This document shows, piece by piece, positions 56,543 through 64,000 of a stretch of DNA of 64,000 nt (its first letter is position 1; every line of letters begins with the position of its first letter). The position numbers were made by a program, and so were the translations under genes. The notes beneath the pieces were generated by a model. It saw only the letters and a program-made list of their open reading frames with translations. It searched no databases and was not told where the DNA came from. Where the stretch lies: positions 27,991 to 91,990 of the forward strand of contig JBKHKD010000005.1 in NCBI GenBank assembly GCA_046537785.1, read 5' to 3'. This DNA is from Actinomycetota bacterium (GTDB lineage Bacteria > Actinomycetota > Acidimicrobiia > Spongiisociales > ZC4RG35).

Positions 56543-57727
56543 GTGAGCAACTCAGTAATCACCGGTATCGCCCGTACGCCGATAGGCCGGTACGGCGGGG
56601 CTTTCAAGCCACTGCGCGCAGTGGATCTTGGCGGACAAGCCATCCGGGCTGCCGTCGAACGGTCCGAAGCCGATCTAACCGCCTTCGACGAGATCATCTT
56701 TGGACATGTCCTCCAGGCGGGAGAAGGCCAGATCACGGCACGTCAGGCCGCGGTCGCCGGTGGGCTCCCGATGACCGTGCCGTCGCTCACGGTCAACAAG
56801 GTCTGTCTCTCGGGGATGTCGGCCATCGGGCTGGCCGATCGTGCGACCCGGCTCGGGGACTCGAAGTTCGTGCTTACCGGCGGCATGGAGTCGATGACCA
56901 ACGCCCCCCACGTGGTGCGCGAGCTTCGCTGGGGCGCCCGAATCGGTGACGTCGAGATGGTGGATGTCATGCAACACGACGGCCTCTTCTGTGCCTTCGA
57001 TCAATGCACGATGGGTGAGTCGTCTGACCACAAGAACGAGCGGCTCGGAATCGGCCGCGAGGAACAGGATGAGTGGGCAGCACGAAGCCACCAGCTCGCC
57101 GAAGAGGCCACGGCCAACGGCCAGTTCGCCACCGAGATCACGCCCGTTGCCGTTCCCCAGCGGAAAGGCGACGACATCGAGGTCGGCGAGGACGAAGGGA
57201 TACGCAAGGGGTCGACTGCGGAGTCGATGGCGTCGCTGCGTCCGGCGTTCACAGCCGGCGGGACCATCACCGCGGGCAACGCCTCTCAGATTTCCGACGG
57301 AGCCGCCGCCGTCGTGATGGCCGACCGTGAAGCCGCCGAGGCAACGGGCTCACCGGTTCTGGCCGAGATCCTCGCCTACGGACAGATCGGCGGCGTCGAC
57401 GCCACCCTCCACGAGCGGCCCGCCGAAGCCCTTTTGGTCGCACTCAAGAAAGCAGGGTTGGAGCCCTCCGATCTCGACCTCGTTGAGATCAACGAGGCGT
57501 TCGCCGCGGTGTCACTGTGGTCGGCGCGGATGCTCGACATCCCCCAGGATAAGGTGAACGTCAACGGCGGTGCCGTGGCACTGGGTCATCCGCTGGGCGC
57601 GACCGGGGCGCGACTGGTGGTCACCCTCGTCAACGCCCTGCACCATCGCGGGGGCGGCATAGGCGCGGCCGCCCTCTGTGGCGGGGGCGGTCAGGGAGAT
57701 GCCATCGTGCTGAAGGTGGAGGGCTGA
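56543..57727 (+). CDS. acetyl-CoA C-acetyltransferase (thiolase II)
   Basis: N-terminal VITGIARTPIGRYGG, active-site NKVCLSGMSAIG (Cys), C-terminal NVNGGAVALGHPLGATG and CGGGGQG. Start likely the GTG at 56543. Confidence 0.85.
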   Translation: MSNSVITGIARTPIGRYGGAFKPLRAVDLGGQAIRAAVERSEADLTAFDEIIFGHVLQAGEGQITARQAAVAGGLPMTVPSLTVNKVCLSGMSAIGLADRATRLGDSKFVLTGGMESMTNAPHVVRELRWGARIGDVEMVDVMQHDGLFCAFDQCTMGESSDHKNERLGIGREEQDEWAARSHQLAEEATANGQFATEITPVAVPQRKGDDIEVGEDEGIRKGSTAESMASLRPAFTAGGTITAGNASQISDGAAAVVMADREAAEATGSPVLAEILAYGQIGGVDATLHERPAEALLVALKKAGLEPSDLDLVEINEAFAAVSLWSARMLDIPQDKVNVNGGAVALGHPLGATGARLVVTLVNALHHRGGGIGAAALCGGGGQGDAIVLKVEG

Positions 57728-58722
57728 TGGCCGCCGAGCCCGTAGAGAGAAATCTGGGCCTCGACCTCGTCCGCGTCACCGAGACGGCGGCCATGGGCGC
57801 CGCTCGCTGGCTGGGAAGGGGCGACAAGGACGAGGTCGACCGAGCGGCAGTCGACGGAATGCGTCTTCACCTGTCGACGATCGAGATCGACGGTCGGGTC
57901 GTGATCGGCGAGGGCGAGAAGGACGAGGCCCCGATGCTGCACAACGGGGAAATGGTGGGTACCGGCACCGGGATGGTTGTCGACGTGGCAGTCGATCCCG
58001 TCGACGGGACCAGACTGACCGCGAGCGGGCTGCCCAATGCCATCGCTGTGATCGCTCTTTCAGAAGGGCGCGGATCGATGTACGCGCCCGGGTCGCTCGT
58101 GTATATGGACAAGATCGCGGTCGGCCCCGAAGCTGCGGGCTCGATCGATCTCGAGGCTCCCGTCGGTCACAACCTGTCCAGAGTCGCCAAAGCGAACGGC
58201 AAGGAGATGAACGATCTCAGGGTTCTGATCCTCGATCGTCCCCGCAACCAGCAGTACATTGACGCGGCCCGGGAAGCGGGGGCCCGCATTTCGCTGTTCC
58301 GGGACGGTGACATCGCAGGTGCGATCGCCACCGCGCAGGAGGACCATGAGGCCGACGTCATGCTCGGCATCGGAGGATCCCCCGAAGCAGTGATCGCCGC
58401 TGCCGCTCTCAAGTGCGTCGGTGGGGAGATTCAGTGCCGTCTGTGGCCGCGTGACGAGTCCGAGGAGGACTTCGCCCGCGAAGAAGGCCTGGACCTCGAA
58501 CAAGTGCTTACCAGCGAGGACCTCGTGTCTTCAGACAATGTCTTTTTCGCCGCCACCGGGGTGACCAACGGGGAGTTCCTCAGAGGGGTCAACTTCAGAG
58601 GCGAGGAGAGAGCCGTCACCCATTCGGTGATTATGCGCTCGAAGACCGGGTCGATTCGCTACATGACAGCGGTGCACAACCTGGCCCGGCTCAGGGCCAT
58701 TTCCAGTCTCACCGTCGACTGA
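57727..58722 (+). CDS. glpX: fructose-1,6-bisphosphatase class II
   Basis: GlpX motifs (LVRVTETAAMGAARW, EGEKDEAPML, DPVDGT). Confidence 0.85.
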   Translation: MAAEPVERNLGLDLVRVTETAAMGAARWLGRGDKDEVDRAAVDGMRLHLSTIEIDGRVVIGEGEKDEAPMLHNGEMVGTGTGMVVDVAVDPVDGTRLTASGLPNAIAVIALSEGRGSMYAPGSLVYMDKIAVGPEAAGSIDLEAPVGHNLSRVAKANGKEMNDLRVLILDRPRNQQYIDAAREAGARISLFRDGDIAGAIATAQEDHEADVMLGIGGSPEAVIAAAALKCVGGEIQCRLWPRDESEEDFAREEGLDLEQVLTSEDLVSSDNVFFAATGVTNGEFLRGVNFRGEERAVTHSVIMRSKTGSIRYMTAVHNLARLRAISSLTVD

Positions 58723-59362
58723 GGGCGATACCGGCCGCCTCCGGGATCGTCTCAGCGATAGGTACACCCTCCGCCTCCAACACATCCATGTGATGGCTGC
58801 CGCCATGGAAAAGGACGGGGTGAGCGCCCACATGCCGTGCAGCAGCCACATCGTCGGGTGTGTCCCCCACCACAACAGCCGCCCTTCCGTCGATCTGAAG
58901 AGTCCCAAGATGTACCTCGAGATGGGCAGCCTTGAGGCCGCCTGACGGCCCGGATAGCCCGTCGACGATCTCGAACCAATCGGTCAGTCCGAGACGGTCG
59001 ACAATCCCGTCCAGCCAATCCTGGGGAGACATCGAAAGCAACGACTGGGTCCAGCCCGCCTCATGGAGTTCCCTCATCGCTTGGCGAGCCCCGGGCGCCA
59101 AGTCGACATCCGACGCCAACTTGAAATAGGTCTCGTGGAAGGAGGTGTTGAGTCGCAGCCACTCTTCGTCGCTCACGGTTCTCCCGAACAAACGGTTGTA
59201 GAAATGTCTGACCGGCCGCGTGTAGTGATCCCGATAGACATCTTTGTCTATCGGATTGAGCCCGAAGGCCGCGATCGACCGGTTCACCGCACGGACCACA
59301 ATGCCGAGATCGTCCAGCAGTGTCCCGTTCCAGTCCCAAACGAGATGTGATGGCGACGTCAC
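58709..59362 (-). CDS. HAD-superfamily hydrolase (phosphoglycolate phosphatase-like)
   Basis: Motif I DWNGTLLDD, motif IV GDTPDD; 217 aa. Confidence 0.7.
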   Translation of the reverse strand: MTSPSHLVWDWNGTLLDDLGIVVRAVNRSIAAFGLNPIDKDVYRDHYTRPVRHFYNRLFGRTVSDEEWLRLNTSFHETYFKLASDVDLAPGARQAMRELHEAGWTQSLLSMSPQDWLDGIVDRLGLTDWFEIVDGLSGPSGGLKAAHLEVHLGTLQIDGRAAVVVGDTPDDVAAARHVGAHPVLFHGGSHHMDVLEAEGVPIAETIPEAAGIALSRR

Positions 59363-59385
59363 GAGGGCGGGAGATTAGATCCGTC

Positions 59386-59982
59386 TCAGATCTCGGAGCG
59401 CCCCAGGAGAGCCCGGCCAAGGGTCAACTCATCGGCGTAGTCGAGATCACCCCCGACAGGCAGCCCCGAGGCGAGTCGCGTGACGCGGAGGCCGTCGGTC
59501 TTGAACTCACGGGATATGTACATCGCGGTGGCATCGCCCTCGATGGTCGGATTGGTGGCGACGATGAGTTCTTTGATTCCCTCGGCCTCCAGCCGGTGGC
59601 GAAGTTCCTCGAAGCGAAGCTGACCGGGCCCTATGCCGTTTATCGGTGAGAGGGCGCCTCCAAGGACGTGGTATCTCCCCCGGAACTCCTGGGTGCGCTC
59701 GACGACCACTGTGTCCTGAGGTCTTTCCACCACACAGACCAACGTGTCGTCGCGACGAGTATCCCGGCACACGGCGCAGAGCTCACCCGCAGCCACGTTG
59801 AAGCAGCGCTCGCACTGGGTTACCTGCTCCCGCATGTCCTTGATGGCTGCGGAGAGGCGCAGAGCGTCAGCCTCCTCGACGGTGAGGAGATGGAAGGCGA
59901 GGCGTTGTGCCGACTTGTTCCCGATGCCGGGAAGACGGCTCAGCTCGTCGATCAGCCGCTGGACTGGACCCTCGAACATCAA
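59386..59982 (-). CDS. recR: recombination protein RecR
   Basis: HhH ([16 protein letters not shown]), C4 zinc finger ([16 protein letters not shown]), Toprim domain; 198 aa. Confidence 0.9.
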   Translation of the reverse strand: MMFEGPVQRLIDELSRLPGIGNKSAQRLAFHLLTVEEADALRLSAAIKDMREQVTQCERCFNVAAGELCAVCRDTRRDDTLVCVVERPQDTVVVERTQEFRGRYHVLGGALSPINGIGPGQLRFEELRHRLEAEGIKELIVATNPTIEGDATAMYISREFKTDGLRVTRLASGLPVGGDLDYADELTLGRALLGRSEI

Positions 59983-60305
59983 CCGAGCAGACCGCCGAGA
60001 CCGCCGGTGAGCCCTCCCAGTTCTTCATTCGTGGCCTTCGTTGCCTCGTCCATGGCCTGACGGACCGCGGCCACGACCAGGTCTTGAAGCATCTCGATGT
60101 CCTCGGGATCGACGACATCAGGGGAAATCTCGAGTTCGATGAGCTCGGGGCTGCCGGTGACGACAGCCTTGACCATCCCTCCCCCCGCGGTGCCTTCGAA
60201 GCGGCGCTCGGCCAGCTCGGCCTGAGTCTTGGCAAGCTGCTCTTGCATCTGCTGCGCCTGCTTCATGATTTGATTCATGTCGGGCTGACGATTCATGGGT
60301 TCCAA
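59979..60305 (-). CDS. ybaB: nucleoid-associated protein YbaB/EbfC
   Basis: 108 aa, TTG start. [22 protein letters not shown]...[17 protein letters not shown]. Confidence 0.9.
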   Translation of the reverse strand: MEPMNRQPDMNQIMKQAQQMQEQLAKTQAELAERRFEGTAGGGMVKAVVTGSPELIELEISPDVVDPEDIEMLQDLVVAAVRQAMDEATKATNEELGGLTGGLGGLLG

Positions 60306-60475
60306 AGTATCAGGTATGAAGTATCAAGTATGAAGACATCCCGGTTTCCCTCAGGACACTCCCTACTGAGGAACCCGGTCGGCTTGACACGCTCACCTCG
60401 GTTCTCCATCCACCACTCAATACCTCATACTTCAGGGCACGAAGTGCCCGATACTTCATACTTCATACCTGACGC
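60306..60475. other. structured AT-rich intergenic element flanked by 22 bp inverted repeats (TCAGGTATGAAGTAT...); candidate sRNA or MITE-like element
   Basis: Left arm about 60310-60335, right arm about 60451-60472 (21 of 22 complementary). Internal perfect hairpin GGGCAC-GAA-GTGCCC about 60435-60449. Internal imperfect hairpin about 60340-60378. Lies between the dnaX stop and the ybaB start. Confidence 0.45.
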
Positions 60476-62275
60476 TCAATCGTCCACGACTTGGGCGCCG
60501 AGTTCGGACTCGAGGAGGGAGGCGGGATCGGTGTCCGCTTTGGGGCGTTCCTCGAGCTGATCGAGGTCGACTTCGTCATCGTCGTTCCCGTCGCCATCAC
60601 CACCATCGTTCTTGAGGCGAAACTCGACCTTGACCGGACCGCCGAGGAGGTCGCCGGCCTTGGCCGCAACGATGGGAGCGACGGCATCGTCCTGCTGGAG
60701 TGAAGTCAGGTGGAAGTCGTGAGCGACCTCGAGGATGATCTTGTTCCGCTCCACTGCCGCGGGCACCGCCTCCCGAAAGAATGCCCAACGCCGGGCGCCG
60801 AGCACATCGCGCAGGCTCCCGAATAGCCCGGGCCAGATTTTCTGGAGCTGATCGAAGCTGATGTCGATCGGCGGCTGATCCTCCGCTTCGGCGTCGGGCT
60901 CATCGTCGGAAACGAGGGGCGCCGCAGCCCGTGACAGCTCGTCGTCTGCCTCCGATTCGGCCTTCTGCTCGGATTTTGCTGGTTGTTCGGCCGGTGCAGA
61001 TTCCTTGGCTGGCTTGGCAGGTTCCCGTGCCCGCTCGGGCTCGGGTTGGGGTTTGGCCCCGGGGGCCGCGGGCGCCGCGGCCTGGGTCACCGTCTCTCCG
61101 GGCTTGCCCATGCGCCGCTCCAGACGATCCATCCTCGAGACGAGGGCCTCGGGGTGAGTCGACGTTTCCGGTCGGGTGAGCTTGATGAACGCCAGCTCCG
61201 TCATGAGACGCTCCTCGCGTCCCTCCCGAAGCCGGACCAGTGCCTCGGCGAGAAGGTCCACCGCTCGCAGCACATCTGTGGCCGGGACGATCTCGGCTGC
61301 CTTCTGCCATGACTCGTAGACCTCGGGGGGCTCGTCGGCGATCTCTGCCAGATTGGGTGCGTAGTGGGCCAGGAACACCCCGCGGAAGAAGCCGATGCAG
61401 TCGGAGACGAAACGACGCAGGTCCACTCCGGAAGCCGCCATCTCCGCCACCAGTTCGAGCGCAGACTTGGCGTCCTGGGCGGCAACGGCCTCGGCAAGCT
61501 GTTGGAAGGCGTCGGCATCGGCGAGACCGAGCGCCCGGCGTACTCCGGGAACATCTGCTGTGCCCGAGCCAAGTGCGGCGACCTGTTCGAGAAGAGATAG
61601 GGAGTCCCGGACCGAACCCCCGGCGTGACGGGCGATGGCGATGAGGGCGCTGGGCTCGGTCTTGTACGACTCGCGATCGGCAATGGTGCTGAGATATCCC
61701 GCCAGGGCCTCCACCGGGACCGGGTGAAAATCGAAGCGCTGGGTGCGGCTGCGAATCGTGTCCAGCAGCTTGTAGGGCTCGGTGGTGGCGAGCACGAAAT
61801 GGACGTGCTCGGGAGGCTCCTCCAGGGTCTTGAGCAGGGCGTTGCCCGCGGCCTTGGACAGCATGTGCGCCTCGTCGAGAACGAAGACCCGCTTCGACGT
61901 CGTCGCCGATGCCACCGTGGTGACACTCAGCTTGATGTCCCTGATGTCGTCGACCGAGTTGTGGGACGCCGCATCGAGCTCCATCACGTCCAGGCTGTTT
62001 CCCTCCGCGATGGCCACACAGCTCGAGCACTTGCTGCAAGGCGACCCGTCGGCGTTGCGGTTCTCACAATTCAATGCCTTGGCGAGGATCCTCGCTGTCG
62101 TGGTCTTGCCGGTGCCGCGGGGCCCCGTGAAGAGATAGGCATGGGCGACGCGCTCGTCGGCGACTTCCCGGGCGAGAGTTGTCGTCACGTGAGCCTGCCC
62201 GATGACGTCGTCGAAAGTCTGTGGGCGGTATTTGCGGTAGAGAGCTTGATACTGCAAGTCACCACCACCGTACAT
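60476..62275 (-). CDS. dnaX: DNA polymerase III subunits gamma/tau
   Basis: AAA+ motifs (LFTGPRGTGKTT, Walker B VFVLDEAHML), zinc-binding CxxC...CxxC, long Pro/Ala/Glu-rich tau linker; 599 aa. Confidence 0.9.
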   Translation of the reverse strand: MYGGGDLQYQALYRKYRPQTFDDVIGQAHVTTTLAREVADERVAHAYLFTGPRGTGKTTTARILAKALNCENRNADGSPCSKCSSCVAIAEGNSLDVMELDAASHNSVDDIRDIKLSVTTVASATTSKRVFVLDEAHMLSKAAGNALLKTLEEPPEHVHFVLATTEPYKLLDTIRSRTQRFDFHPVPVEALAGYLSTIADRESYKTEPSALIAIARHAGGSVRDSLSLLEQVAALGSGTADVPGVRRALGLADADAFQQLAEAVAAQDAKSALELVAEMAASGVDLRRFVSDCIGFFRGVFLAHYAPNLAEIADEPPEVYESWQKAAEIVPATDVLRAVDLLAEALVRLREGREERLMTELAFIKLTRPETSTHPEALVSRMDRLERRMGKPGETVTQAAAPAAPGAKPQPEPERAREPAKPAKESAPAEQPAKSEQKAESEADDELSRAAAPLVSDDEPDAEAEDQPPIDISFDQLQKIWPGLFGSLRDVLGARRWAFFREAVPAAVERNKIILEVAHDFHLTSLQQDDAVAPIVAAKAGDLLGGPVKVEFRLKNDGGDGDGNDDDEVDLDQLEERPKADTDPASLLESELGAQVVDD

Positions 62276-62328
62276 CTCTCGGGTGACTGATTCAGCCCCC
62301 TGGGACCTCGGAGACGGGAACGCTCTGG

Positions 62329-62344
62329 CACCCGAGCTCGGGTG
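62329..62344. promoter_or_regulatory. 16 bp perfect palindrome CACCCGAGCTCGGGTG in the divergent dnaX / ABC-transporter intergenic region
   Basis: Seen directly, about 35 nt upstream of the ABC ATPase start. Confidence 0.3.
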
Positions 62345-62378
62345 GATATCGTCGTGGTTCCAACGGAGGTGTTCACTT

Positions 62379-63221
62379 ATGTGGTCTTCCCGTCGATACT
62401 CTCTCGAAGTGACTCAGTCCCTCACAGACGAGCCGACGCTCGACCACGCCCCCACCCAGCCCGCTGTCTGGGCTCGAGGTCTGGTGCGGAGATTCGGAAA
62501 GACCACGGCGGTCGACAACCTCGACCTGGCTATCCAGCCGGGGGAGTTCTACGGGCTTCTCGGCCAGAACGGTGCCGGCAAGACGACGACGATCAAGAGC
62601 ATCGTCGGACTGCTCCGACCCTCCGCTGGATCGGTGGGCGTTGGCCCGTACGACACCTGGGAGTCACCCACTGAGGTCAAGGCGCGCATCGGGGTCTTGC
62701 CTGAGGAGTTCAACCTGTACGAGCGACTGACCGGAGCCGAGCTCCTCGACTTCACCGCGGCCATGCACGGTCTCGACAAGGATGAGGCGCTGAAGCGCCG
62801 CAGTGAACTGCTCGACATGCTCGACCTGGTTGGCGCCGGATCGAAGCTGATCGGCGACTACTCGAGAGGGATGAAAAAGAAGGTCGCCCTCGGTGCAGCC
62901 ATCATTCATCGACCACCCGTCCTCTTCCTGGATGAGCCCTTCGAAGGGGTCGATGCCGTTTCCGCGCGGTTGATCCGGAACCTGCTGCGAAATGCTGCGG
63001 GAACCGGGACGACCATCGTCTTCTCCTCACACGAGATGCATCTCGTGGAGAGGCTGTGCACCCGGATCGGCATAATGGTCGAGGGACGGCTCACCATCGA
63101 GGAGACACCGGAGGACCTGTGCCGCATAACCGGCACCGAGACGGTCGAGGACGCCTTCATTGCCGCCGTGGGAGGCAAGGGAGTGGATGAGCTGTCGTGG
63201 TACGAACCCTCGTCGGGCTGA
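62379..63221 (+). CDS. ABC transporter ATP-binding protein (ABC-2 exporter type)
   Basis: ATG at 62379 preceded by a GGAGGTG RBS. Walker A GQNGAGKTTT, signature YSRGMKKKVALGAA, Walker B LFLDEPFEG. Confidence 0.8.
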   Translation: MWSSRRYSLEVTQSLTDEPTLDHAPTQPAVWARGLVRRFGKTTAVDNLDLAIQPGEFYGLLGQNGAGKTTTIKSIVGLLRPSAGSVGVGPYDTWESPTEVKARIGVLPEEFNLYERLTGAELLDFTAAMHGLDKDEALKRRSELLDMLDLVGAGSKLIGDYSRGMKKKVALGAAIIHRPPVLFLDEPFEGVDAVSARLIRNLLRNAAGTGTTIVFSSHEMHLVERLCTRIGIMVEGRLTIEETPEDLCRITGTETVEDAFIAAVGGKGVDELSWYEPSSG

Positions 63222-64000
63222 AGGCCCGGCTCACCTGGAACGGGATTCGTAGCGACATTCAGCGTCGCTTCGGATTTCCCATCGCGACGATCCTGCTCGG
63301 ATGGGCAGGCTGGCATCTCGCTACCTCATATGTGGAGACCGCCGGGCGTCTCGACCAAGTAGCCCTTGCAAACTATTCCGGATGGGCGGCGTTGCTGTTC
63401 TTCGCGGCCTGGGTGACGCTCCCGGTGATCATTTTCCCCCTCGACGAGAACCTCGATCCTCAACAGCTCGCGGTCATGCCGATAGGCCACCGAACCATGG
63501 TGATCGGCTTGGCGGCGGCCAGTTTCGTGGCACCGGCGACCGTGGTGCCTCTGTTCATCCTCGGAGCCAATGGCGCCGTCCTCGGCGGGGGATGGTGGAT
63601 GATGATCCCGGCATCTCTCGTTTACCTCGGTCTGCTGGCCGTAGGGTCCCAGCTGTTCTCGGCCGCCATCTCGGCGATCCTCCGGACCCGACGCGGACGG
63701 GACATCGCCACCTTTCTCATCCTTGGCATGGCTGCCGGGTCGTTCTTTGTTTACCGGTCTATCTCCACTGTCGTCGATGCGCGTGGCCTGTCCGATGCCG
63801 TGAACTCGACACCCATCGCCGACTGGGCGTTGGTCATTCCGCCGGTGGCTGCACAGCGGGCCATCGTGGAGGCAGCCGGAGGAAGCGCGGTCGCCGCGAT
63901 CGTCTTCCTCCTGGCTGCTCTCGCCGGCCTCGGTGCCCTGGCGACGATGTGGCGCAGGCTGCTGACACGGATGCTGAGCACACCCCAGGAGGGCAGTCGC
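63197..64000 (+). CDS. ABC-2 type transporter permease (runs off the right edge)
   Basis: GTG at 63197 overlaps the ATPase stop. Continuous frame to 64000 encoding a polytopic membrane protein. Not in the track because it has no ATG start or stop inside the window. Confidence 0.55.
   Translation, partial: MVRTLVGLKARLTWNGIRSDIQRRFGFPIATILLGWAGWHLATSYVETAGRLDQVALANYSGWAALLFFAAWVTLPVIIFPLDENLDPQQLAVMPIGHRTMVIGLAAASFVAPATVVPLFILGANGAVLGGGWWMMIPASLVYLGLLAVGSQLFSAAISAILRTRRGRDIATFLILGMAAGSFFVYRSISTVVDARGLSDAVNSTPIADWALVIPPVAAQRAIVEAAGGSAVAAIVFLLAALAGLGALATMWRRLLTRMLSTPQEGSR

Noticed and set aside
62276-62378. Possible SRP RNA (ffs) adjacent to dnaX, and the same hypothesis for the 60306-60475 spacer
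   Set aside because: Neither region shows the conserved domain IV features (GNRA tetraloop flanked by CAGG...AGCA symmetric-loop motifs) or a long terminal helix consistent with 4.5S RNA. The 60306-60475 element is kept only as a generic structured candidate.
1-64000. CRISPR arrays, rRNA genes, insertion sequences with transposase
   Set aside because: No regularly spaced direct repeats, no rRNA-like conserved stretches and no DDE/IS transposase ORFs were seen. The only mobile element evidence is the tRNA-Pro integrated element.

Overview
This is a high-GC (~67%) chromosomal segment, most likely from an actinobacterium. The conserved gene neighbourhoods support that call: mtrA-mtrB-lpqB, whiB, ask-asd and dnaX-ybaB-recR. 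Most of the window is ordinary core genome. From left to right it carries:
- a metallo-beta-lactamase-fold hydrolase and a NUDIX hydrolase;
- the selenocysteine genes selA and selB, then a WhiB-family regulator;
- an NfeD-family membrane protein;
- an ECF-type Ni/Co uptake operon (CbiM-N fusion, CbiQ, CbiO) divergent from a Fur-family regulator, with a perfect palindrome between them;
- mtrA-mtrB plus a minimal LpqB-like lipoprotein;
- a group of cation/proton antiporters and their RCK/TrkA regulatory proteins;
- two tandem CNNM/CorC genes;
- an ABC-2 exporter with a surface protein carrying repeated domains;
- YnfA and a sigma-70 factor;
- a sugar ABC importer (binding protein, MsiK-like ATPase, two permeases);
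- a rifampicin-phosphotransferase/PEP-synthase-like enzyme split across two reading frames, whose phosphohistidine domain is frameshifted at a run of eight G;
- metG.

The notable part is a ~15.3 kb integrated element inserted into tRNA-Pro(CGG), spanning about 34415-49704. It is bounded by ~130 bp direct repeats. Within them, a 66 bp perfect core runs from the tRNA anticodon loop to its 3' end. The element encodes:
- a tyrosine integrase and an excisionase-type HTH;
- two further HTH_17 proteins;
- a MobF/TrwC relaxase with no type IV secretion genes, so it looks mobilizable rather than self-transmissible;
- a BrnT-like toxin and a putative antitoxin;
- two hypothetical genes;
- a 920 aa NACHT-type STAND NTPase with a DUF4062-like N-terminal module and a large uncharacterised C-terminal region;
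- a PadR regulator with a MacB/FtsX-type ABC transporter as further cargo.

The NACHT protein is the best candidate in this window for an uncharacterised antiphage or conflict system.

Downstream of the element come ask-asd, a membrane cyclophilin, a PHP phosphoesterase, murJ, methylmalonyl-CoA epimerase, thiolase, glpX, a HAD hydrolase, recR-ybaB-dnaX and a second ABC-2 exporter. Between dnaX and ybaB sits an AT-rich structured element flanked by 22 bp inverted repeats.

CDS coordinates follow the supplied ORF track, with start codons refined where a better start was visible. Non-CDS coordinates were counted by hand from the sequence and may be off by 1-2 nt. Many arginine-rich ORFs in the track are alternative-frame artefacts of the high GC content and are not reported.
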